Assembly: GCA_015059545.1 (NCBI GenBank)
Contig: SVAG01000001.1
Coordinates: forward strand, 167,381 to 231,380
Reading direction: 5' to 3'
DNA: 64,000 nucleotides
From: Lactobacillales bacterium
GTDB taxonomy: Bacteria; Bacillota_I; Bacilli_A; RF39; UBA660
Shown here: positions 30,583 to 37,595 of the stretch, in pieces
How positions within the stretch are numbered: position 1 is the stretch's first letter
How the letters are laid out: each line of letters opens with the position of its first letter
The notes under the pieces: model-generated
What the model was told of the DNA's origin: nothing
What the model saw: the letters and a program-made list of their open reading frames with translations, nothing else
Database searches by the model: none
Position numbers and translations under genes: made by a program

Positions 30583-31983
30583 ATGAACGATTCAATGTTT
30601 TCCCAAATTGATTTTGGGGAACTAAATAAATATTTGAACGATGATGATGTAACCGATATTTCATATAGTAATAATGGTCAACTTTGGTTAAAAACTTTAT
30701 CAAAAGGTATTTATAGAGTTGATAATGAAACTGTTAACAATGCATTTATGGAAAAGTTAGCCTTTCAATGTGCTAACGTTATGGGAAAAACCTTTAACAT
30801 GGCTCATCCATTCCTGGATGCTGAAGGAGCAGAGCTACGTTTAAACTTTGTTCATGATTCAATCGCAAAAAATGGTATAGCTGTGTTAATGCGTAAGACA
30901 CCAGCAAAAATAAGATTAGAAAAAGACAAATTATTAAAAGATGATTATGTAGCGTTAGATATACATGATTTCTTAATAAAATGTGTCAGGGGGCATTGTA
31001 ACATCATTGTATGTGGAGAAACAGGTTCAGGTAAAACCGAATTTGTTAAATATTTAGCTTCACATACAAAAGAAGATGAAAAATTAATTACAATAGAAGA
31101 TACATTGGAATTACACTTAGATCGTATATTCCCACATAGGGATATAGTAGCAATGAAAACAAATAATATAGCTTCATATAGTGAAGTGTTAGTGACATGT
31201 ATGAGACAGAACCCAAAATGGATATTACTATCCGAAGTTCGTAGTGCTGAAGCAGTACTTGCTGTAAGAAACTCAATTTCTTCAGGTCACTATATTTTAT
31301 CTACAATACATGCTGATAAAGCAGCAAGTATTCCAAACCGTATGTACAGTTTGCTTGAAACAAATCAAGATATTGAACAATTCTTAAAATCAATATATAG
31401 ATATATTCAAATAGGTGTATATATAAGAGGATATCAAGATAAAAAAACAAGAAAATTTCATCGTGAAATAGCAGAAGTAACAGAATTTTATGTTACAGAA
31501 GATAATGAAGCTGAATATAATACAATTTATAGAAAAACTACAACTGGTAAAGTTGTAAGAAAAAGTCCATCTAAATATTTAATAGATTACTTAGATGCAC
31601 AAGGTGTAATTTTATCAAAAGACGAAATAGAAGAAGGAGAAATTGAACCTCCGGAAGATTTTGAAACACCTAATATTAGTGAAGTTCCTACAAATAATTT
31701 AAATGTTCAACAAAATGTTCAACCAAATATTCAAAATAATGGAAATGTTAATAATACAATAAGACCACAAATGAATAATATGAATGGTCAAAATATGGTA
31801 AGATCAAATCCAATACCAAATATTTCAAACAATGTTGGACAAACTATTAATAATGGAACAAATTATCAAAATACACAAGTAATTAATAATTCATCAAATA
31901 GACAAATGAATCCAAATGTTGGTTATAATCAAGTTAATTATAATGTAAATCCTTATGCAAACCAAGGAAATAAAACAGAATAA
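30583..31983 (+). CDS. cpaF: CpaF/TadA-family secretion ATPase (T2SS-E/VirB11 superfamily) with an N/Q-rich C-terminal tail
   Basis: 466 aa. Walker A GETGSGKTE, Asp/His-box-like regions (LITIEDTLEL, SEVRSAEA, STIHAD), and a roughly 110-aa Asn/Gln-rich low-complexity tail. Confidence 0.8.
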   Translation: MNDSMFSQIDFGELNKYLNDDDVTDISYSNNGQLWLKTLSKGIYRVDNETVNNAFMEKLAFQCANVMGKTFNMAHPFLDAEGAELRLNFVHDSIAKNGIAVLMRKTPAKIRLEKDKLLKDDYVALDIHDFLIKCVRGHCNIIVCGETGSGKTEFVKYLASHTKEDEKLITIEDTLELHLDRIFPHRDIVAMKTNNIASYSEVLVTCMRQNPKWILLSEVRSAEAVLAVRNSISSGHYILSTIHADKAASIPNRMYSLLETNQDIEQFLKSIYRYIQIGVYIRGYQDKKTRKFHREIAEVTEFYVTEDNEAEYNTIYRKTTTGKVVRKSPSKYLIDYLDAQGVILSKDEIEEGEIEPPEDFETPNISEVPTNNLNVQQNVQPNIQNNGNVNNTIRPQMNNMNGQNMVRSNPIPNISNNVGQTINNGTNYQNTQVINNSSNRQMNPNVGYNQVNYNVNPYANQGNKTE

Positions 31984-31995
31984 AGGAGGTAAAGA

Positions 31996-32901
31996 ATGGA
32001 ATATGTAATTTTTCTACTTATTGCATTAGTAGCAGTATTCGTAATTTCTTATCGAAATAGTAGTGGGGAAAAAGTATATAAATATATTTCAACAAATGCT
32101 GAAAGTATTTATGGTAAATACGCTCCTTATTCATATAAAGAAGTTAGAAAAAAAGTAAAGGAATTAGGTCAAGATTATACAAAAAAACAATATTTAATAC
32201 AAGCATCAGTATTTGCTGCAGGAGCTGCAGTAGTTACATACTTGTATTTCTATAGTTTAATTGTTTCAATCATATACGCAGCTATAGCTGTATCAGTAAT
32301 TCCATATTTACAATATCTTAGATGTAAAAGAATATATAGCGAATTTATATTTGAACAAATTCAAGTTTATACAACAAACGTAATTATGGAATTTGCTACT
32401 ACTCAAGCGTTCGTAAAAGCCTTAGAAGGTGTATATGAATCAGGAGTATTAGAAGACCCAGTAAGAAGCGATGTAAAACTTATGATAGATATGGCTTATG
32501 ATAATGGTACAGTTGATGAATCAATTAAATTCTTTAATAAAAAATATGATTTCTATATTGTTAAGAATACACATCAATTATTCTTACAAATAACAAATGA
32601 AGGTTCTAAAAACTCAAGTGATGCACTTGAAAATATGAGTCAGGATATAGACATGCTTGTAGAAGCTGTTTATAGAGATAGAATAGATAGAGCAACATTC
32701 CATAAGAAATTCCTTACATTCGGTGTAATATTATATCTTATGGTTATGTTAGTTCAATTCTTACTTAGTCCAGAAAGTTATATCCAATTAGTAAATAGTA
32801 ATATTTTAGTTAAACTTTTACTTCATTTAATAATAATAATAAATACTTATTTCTTATTAAATGGTGAAAAATTTTATAATGAGAATGTAGGTGCTGAATA
32901 A
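31996..32901 (+). CDS. tadB: TadB-like platform protein (T2SS-F family, tentative)
   Basis: 301 aa. N-terminal TM, a central TM pair and C-terminal TMs. Position directly after the ATPase supports the call, which rests on topology and synteny. Confidence 0.5.
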   Translation: MEYVIFLLIALVAVFVISYRNSSGEKVYKYISTNAESIYGKYAPYSYKEVRKKVKELGQDYTKKQYLIQASVFAAGAAVVTYLYFYSLIVSIIYAAIAVSVIPYLQYLRCKRIYSEFIFEQIQVYTTNVIMEFATTQAFVKALEGVYESGVLEDPVRSDVKLMIDMAYDNGTVDESIKFFNKKYDFYIVKNTHQLFLQITNEGSKNSSDALENMSQDIDMLVEAVYRDRIDRATFHKKFLTFGVILYLMVMLVQFLLSPESYIQLVNSNILVKLLLHLIIIINTYFLLNGEKFYNENVGAE

Positions 32902-33689
32902 TGGAATTTTTAGCTATAGCAGGTATCATGATATTTGTACTTATATATACAAATAGAATTGATGCAAAGAAATTTATAGGTGATGTAGAACCATATTTTA
33001 AAATGTTAATGGAAGATGATTATGTTTTCTTACTTAACGTTAGATATGGTGGAGAAGACTTAGATGTAAATAAATTATTTAATGATAGAATCAAAAATGC
33101 TGTATTAGTATTTGTAGCAGCATTAGCATATTTCTTATTTACAAATATGTCATTCATAAACTTACTAATTGCATTTATATTAGCAGCAGTAACATTTAAA
33201 TCACCTTATACAAAACTACAAAATTACTATAAAGCAAATTTATCAAAGATAAATCAAATGTTACCATATTACTTAAAAAGTTTGGAAATCTTAGTGCAAC
33301 ATTATACAGTACCAGTAGCACTTGCTAGAAGTATTGAAACTGCACCAGAAATATTTAAATCAGGACTAAAAAAATTAATAGATAAAATCGAATCTGGGGA
33401 TTCTAGTATAGATCCATATATGGATTTTGCTAAAGAATATCCAGTTAAGGACTCAATGAGAATGATGAGACTTCTATATCGTTTAAGTTTAGGAGCTCAA
33501 GAAAGTAAACAAGAACAATTAGTTATGTTTTCTAAAAACGTATCTTCACTTCAAAATAAAATGCGTGAAGATAAATATAAAGCTCGTCTAGAATCAATGG
33601 AAAAGAAAACAATGATGATGTTATTTGCAACAGGTGGAGGAATATTAGTTCTTTTACTATTTGCAATGATGAATATGATGAGTATGTAA
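32901..33689 (+). CDS. tadC: TadC-like platform protein (T2SS-F family, tentative)
   Basis: 262 aa with similar topology. Its start overlaps the tadB-like stop (ATAATGG). Confidence 0.5.
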   Translation: MEFLAIAGIMIFVLIYTNRIDAKKFIGDVEPYFKMLMEDDYVFLLNVRYGGEDLDVNKLFNDRIKNAVLVFVAALAYFLFTNMSFINLLIAFILAAVTFKSPYTKLQNYYKANLSKINQMLPYYLKSLEILVQHYTVPVALARSIETAPEIFKSGLKKLIDKIESGDSSIDPYMDFAKEYPVKDSMRMMRLLYRLSLGAQESKQEQLVMFSKNVSSLQNKMREDKYKARLESMEKKTMMMLFATGGGILVLLLFAMMNMMSM

Positions 33690-33707
33690 AATACTTTACA
33701 CAAAATA

Positions 33708-33736
33708 TTGATAAAATAAATAAAAAGAGTTATAAT
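33708..33736 (+). promoter_or_regulatory. Near-consensus sigma-A promoter directly upstream of the Flp-like pilin gene
   Basis: TTGATA at 33708-33713, a 17-nt spacer, and TATAAT at 33731-33736. The pilin ATG is at 33774. Confidence 0.6.
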
Positions 33737-33773
33737 AAAAATGTATAGATATTAAAATAAGGGTGGTGAGAAA

Positions 33774-33980
33774 ATGAAAGAAGCAGCAGGAGAAGCAAAT
33801 ATGACAGTAATTACAATAGTTTTAATAGCAATCGTTTTAGGTGTTGGGACTATTATTGTTAATAATTTAATGGATAGCGTAAAAAATAATAGTGAATCGA
33901 TGAACCATGGATGTGCAAGCGATGAATATTGGACAGGATCTGCTTGTGCTAAAAGAACTGGAACAACATCAGGAACATAA
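33774..33980 (+). CDS. flp: Flp-like small pilin (68 aa)
   Basis: Leader MKEAAG, then the hydrophobic helix EANMTVITIVLIAIVLGVGTIIV and a short C-terminal domain with 2 Cys. RBS GGGTGGTGA. The size and position fit a Tad major pilin, but it lacks the canonical G/xxxxEY motif. Confidence 0.6.
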   Translation: MKEAAGEANMTVITIVLIAIVLGVGTIIVNNLMDSVKNNSESMNHGCASDEYWTGSACAKRTGTTSGT

Positions 33981-34003
33981 TAAAATATTAGGAGGTAAAC
34001 TAA

Positions 34004-34447
34004 ATGAAGCAAGGGGTAGGAATGTCATTTACAATTAATTTGATTGTTATATTTATAGTGGTTACCTTTGCTTTTTTAGTGGCCACTTTAAATTATTATA
34101 AAGCTTATAAAGTTAATAATGCTATATCAGATAGTATTGAAAAATATGAAGGTTATAATGATTTAGCAATCACAGAAATAAATAGAAAATTAACAACTTT
34201 AGGATATGTTAATAACAAAAAAGGTTGTGACAAAAATAGTAAATATGGAACTTTAGTTAAAACTGATGTTACTAGTGAACAATCAAATTTTAGTTACTGT
34301 GTCTATGAACAAGATACTAATGATGATACAGGAAAATTTAAATATGTAATAATAACATATTTAAATATGAATATACCAATTATTAATGCAACTTTAAATC
34401 TTCCTGTAAAAACAACCACTGAACCAATTTATTATTTTAGTGAGTAG
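34004..34447 (+). CDS. TadE-like pseudopilin 1 (147 aa)
   Basis: Leader MKQGVG, then the hydrophobic helix MSFTINLIVIFIVVTFAFLVA. RBS AGGAGG. Confidence 0.5.
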   Translation: MKQGVGMSFTINLIVIFIVVTFAFLVATLNYYKAYKVNNAISDSIEKYEGYNDLAITEINRKLTTLGYVNNKKGCDKNSKYGTLVKTDVTSEQSNFSYCVYEQDTNDDTGKFKYVIITYLNMNIPIINATLNLPVKTTTEPIYYFSE

Positions 34448-34459
34448 GAGGGATAAATT

Positions 34460-34924
34460 ATGAGAGAAGCAACAGGTAATGCGCTTGTAATGACAATGAT
34501 GACTTCCATTATCGCTATAATAATGATTTTTTTTGTAGGTTCAATTAGTTATTCTAAATCTTATAGATTGAAAAATTATGTAATTAATCAATTAGAAGAA
34601 TATGGAAATTTAAAACCAATTGAAGAAAATGGGAGTTTAAATAATGAATTACAAAATAACTTAGATGCTTATTTTAAAGACGTAGGTTATAATGTTAGAA
34701 GAACAGATATTAATGAAGCCTGTCCAAATATTAATACTGGTGGTAATAGCTGTGGTAATAATATATATAAAGGAAGTTATGAAGCTTGTATATATGGATG
34801 TGGTAGTTCAACAAAACCATATTATAAAGTTATAACTTATATGAAATTTGATTTTCCTATTATAGGGAACTCATTAAAGTTTAAGGTAGAAGGGGAAACA
34901 AGAACTTTTAATGATTTTAATTAA
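34460..34924 (+). CDS. TadE-like pseudopilin 2 (154 aa)
   Basis: Leader MREATG, then the hydrophobic helix NALVMTMMTSIIAIIMIFFVG. RBS AGGAGGG. Confidence 0.5.
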   Translation: MREATGNALVMTMMTSIIAIIMIFFVGSISYSKSYRLKNYVINQLEEYGNLKPIEENGSLNNELQNNLDAYFKDVGYNVRRTDINEACPNINTGGNSCGNNIYKGSYEACIYGCGSSTKPYYKVITYMKFDFPIIGNSLKFKVEGETRTFNDFN

Positions 34925-34933
34925 AGTTAAGGG

Positions 34934-35929
34934 GTGAATAGTGTGAACGTAATTGTTTCAAATAAAAAACAACAATTATTATCAAGTTTAAATGTTGAAA
35001 TAATAAAAGAATTAAATGGAGAATTTAATGTTGATGATTTAGTTGAAAATTTTAGAAATTTCTTTTTTCAAAAAATGATATTAGATATAACAGCATTAAA
35101 AGATTATAAAGATATAAGAACTGTTCAAAAACTTTCTTTATCTTTAGATATGAATAAAGTAATATTAGTTCTTGATGAAGATTCAAATACTATTTCTCCT
35201 GAATTTATGTCAAAATTAATATCACTTGGAATTTATAACTTTACTACTAATTTAGAAGGAATAATGTATTTATATAACAGTCCAAACACATATAGAGATG
35301 TTGCACATTTACATATAATTGAAACACCTTTAGTTACAGCAGTAGCTCCTGAAGGACAAACTAATACAGTTTATGTTGATAGATATGTAGAAGTAGCACA
35401 ACCTGTTAAAACAAATAGAGTAATAGGAATAAAAAATGTTACTAAACAAACAGGTGCGACAACATTAACTTATATGATGAAAAAAATGTTAGAAAAATAT
35501 TATTCTGTAGCTGCTATAGAAGTAGAAAAATCAGATTTTAGATTTTTTAATGATAGAGAACTTTTATCAGCAACTAATAGTGGTATAGGTAATTTAATTA
35601 ATAAAAACAAAGAAAAAGATATCATATTACTTGATATAAATAATAGTGAAAATGCTTTAGGATTATGTGATGAGATTATTTATTTAATAGAACCATCAAT
35701 GGTTAAATTAAATAGATTAATGATTGTTAATCCTCAAATATTAAGTAATATAAAAGGAAAAAAAGTTATTTTAAACCAAAGCTTATTACAACAAAAAGAT
35801 GTTACAGATTTTGAATATGAATCTGGATTAAAAATTTTCTATAACATGCCACCTTTAGATGAAAGGGCAGAATATAGTAAAGAATTAGCAGAGTTTTTGA
35901 ATAAGTTAGGTTTTCCAAAGATAAACTAA
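34934..35929 (+). CDS. TadZ/CpaE-like protein with a degenerate ParA/MinD P-loop (331 aa)
   Basis: The C-terminal half resembles ParA/MinD (VIGIKNVTKQTGATTLTYMMKKML, then ILLDIN), but the KGGxGK[ST] Walker A is not intact. The N-terminal half could be receiver-like. The position fits TadZ. Confidence 0.45.
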   Translation: MNSVNVIVSNKKQQLLSSLNVEIIKELNGEFNVDDLVENFRNFFFQKMILDITALKDYKDIRTVQKLSLSLDMNKVILVLDEDSNTISPEFMSKLISLGIYNFTTNLEGIMYLYNSPNTYRDVAHLHIIETPLVTAVAPEGQTNTVYVDRYVEVAQPVKTNRVIGIKNVTKQTGATTLTYMMKKMLEKYYSVAAIEVEKSDFRFFNDRELLSATNSGIGNLINKNKEKDIILLDINNSENALGLCDEIIYLIEPSMVKLNRLMIVNPQILSNIKGKKVILNQSLLQQKDVTDFEYESGLKIFYNMPPLDERAEYSKELAEFLNKLGFPKIN

Positions 35930-35951
35930 TGTCAAATATTGACACAATACA

Positions 35952-35980
35952 TTGACAAATAACGAAAAATAATGTATTAT
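35952..35980 (+). promoter_or_regulatory. Sigma-A-type promoter of the T4SS module
   Basis: TTGACA at 35952-35957, a 17-nt spacer, and TATTAT at 35975-35980. A second TTGACA at 35939-35944 forms a palindrome with TGTCAA at 35930-35935. Confidence 0.5.
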
Positions 35981-36029
35981 TATGTTGTTAGATGCAAGAC
36001 ATCTATTAATCTAAGAGGAGGGTTAGAAT

Positions 36030-36395
36030 ATGGATATGTTAAATTTATTAGCAGCAGCAAAATGTTCAATTGATATCGATCCTATAGTACCTGGAACAAT
36101 TCGTGCATTTGTAACAATTTTAAAAGTTGTTGTGCCTATAATTTTAGTTGTATTAGGTATGTTAGATATGGCGAAAGCTGTTATGGCAAATGAAGAAAAA
36201 GAAATGAAAGAAGCTCAAAAGAGACTTATCAAAAGACTTATTTATGCAGTTGTTATATTCTTCGTAGTAGCATTAGTTCAATTCCTATTTGGTCAATTAG
36301 CAAAAGCTGATAATGGCGGAGGAAATGTTGATAAAAACGATACCGCAGCATGTATATCTTGTTTTATTAGTAGTAAAGATTCATGTGCTAAATAA
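36030..36395 (+). CDS. VirB2/TrbC-like two-TM pilin-like T4SS protein (121 aa)
   Basis: RBS GAGGAGGG. Two TM helices flank a charged loop: VVPIILVVLGMLDMAKAVMANEEKEMKEAQKRLIKRLIYAVVIFFVV. Confidence 0.6.
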   Translation: MDMLNLLAAAKCSIDIDPIVPGTIRAFVTILKVVVPIILVVLGMLDMAKAVMANEEKEMKEAQKRLIKRLIYAVVIFFVVALVQFLFGQLAKADNGGGNVDKNDTAACISCFISSKDSCAK

Positions 36396-36401
36396 AAAAA
36401 T

Positions 36402-36438
36402 AAAAACAATAGAAAAATCTTTTCTATTGTTTTTTTTT
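36402..36438 (+). terminator. Strong intrinsic terminator directly after the VirB2-like gene
   Basis: AAAAACAATAGAAAA (36402-36416) pairs with TTTTCTATTGTTTTT (36420-36434) to give a 15-bp stem with a 3-nt loop, then a T-run. An extended -10 TGTTATAAT follows at 36440-36448. Confidence 0.7.
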
Positions 36439-36482
36439 ATGTTATAATGTATGTGGTATATTTTAAATAAATGAGGTGCACT

Positions 36483-37574
36483 ATGAAAAAAATATTTAGT
36501 ATAAAAAAAATAAGTTTAATAGTTTTAATGGCTTTATGTATGTTTTTTGCTACAAAAAACGTAGAAGCAGCAGAAAAATATGTATGTTATTATTACAATA
36601 GTAACTATGAATCTCCAGTGTATATTCAACTAAAATATGAAAATGGAGTCGCTAACTTTTCATATTATAACTATGCTACAAATCAAGAAGTAAGTGAATA
36701 TATTCCAGGAAATGGAGATTGGAGAGTATATAGAATAGAAGCAAGTAGTGGACAATATATAACAGCATCTGATTTTGCTAATGGTTGTCCTCCTGAAATA
36801 CATGAAATTGATAATCAAACAAACGATGATCCAAATTATACATATGATATTTATAAAGGACAACAATTAGAACAATGGAAAGAACGTGTTAAAGATGTCG
36901 TTTGTGGAGATAATTATTGTGGGCATTTAATTAGACATTATTATTTTGAAGGACATACTATTGAACAAGGCGGAGATGGTAAAGATTTAGGAAATAAAAT
37001 ATGTAGTTATTCACATGATAATATACAACCAGCAGCAAACCATGTTACATTAAAATATAATAAAAATACTAATTATATTGAGTTAACTATGTCTGCATCT
37101 ATGGGGCCAGGAACACCAAAAATGAATTTTACAATAAATGATTTAGGTGATGAATGCCCAAAAAATATATATTCTAAAGGTGTAAATAATGAAAATTTTT
37201 ATTTAACAAAACAAAGTGGTAATAATAGTTATTCATTCTCATTATTAGTGACTGCATCATTTGAACCAGAAATAAAAGAAATGACAGCCTGCGAAAGATT
37301 AGGTGGTCTTACTAAATATTTAACTATGATTTTTAATGTTTTAAGATATATTGTACCTTTAATTATAGTAGTTTTTTCAATAATTGATTTTACCGGGGTA
37401 GTTCTTTCAGGTGAAGATGAAAAAATGGGAAAAGCTAAAAAGAAATTTGCTATGAGACTTGTTATTGGTATATTAGTGTTATTTATACCATTCTTACTAG
37501 AATTAGTGTTTAAATTAGCAGGTATCATAAATAGTAAAGAAACATTAGCTGATGTTGTTTGTAATATATTTTAA
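36483..37574 (+). CDS. Secreted Cys-containing N-terminal domain fused to a C-terminal VirB2/TrbC-like two-TM module (363 aa)
   Basis: The ATG at 36483 follows GAGGTG. Signal peptide ...TKNVEA. The C-terminal segment IVPLIIVVFSIIDFTGVVLSGEDEKMGKAKKKFAMRLVIGILVLFIPF aligns with the 121-aa VirB2-like protein. Confidence 0.65.
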   Translation: MKKIFSIKKISLIVLMALCMFFATKNVEAAEKYVCYYYNSNYESPVYIQLKYENGVANFSYYNYATNQEVSEYIPGNGDWRVYRIEASSGQYITASDFANGCPPEIHEIDNQTNDDPNYTYDIYKGQQLEQWKERVKDVVCGDNYCGHLIRHYYFEGHTIEQGGDGKDLGNKICSYSHDNIQPAANHVTLKYNKNTNYIELTMSASMGPGTPKMNFTINDLGDECPKNIYSKGVNNENFYLTKQSGNNSYSFSLLVTASFEPEIKEMTACERLGGLTKYLTMIFNVLRYIVPLIIVVFSIIDFTGVVLSGEDEKMGKAKKKFAMRLVIGILVLFIPFLLELVFKLAGIINSKETLADVVCNIF

Positions 37575-37595
37575 ATTTAGGGAGGAGGTATTATT

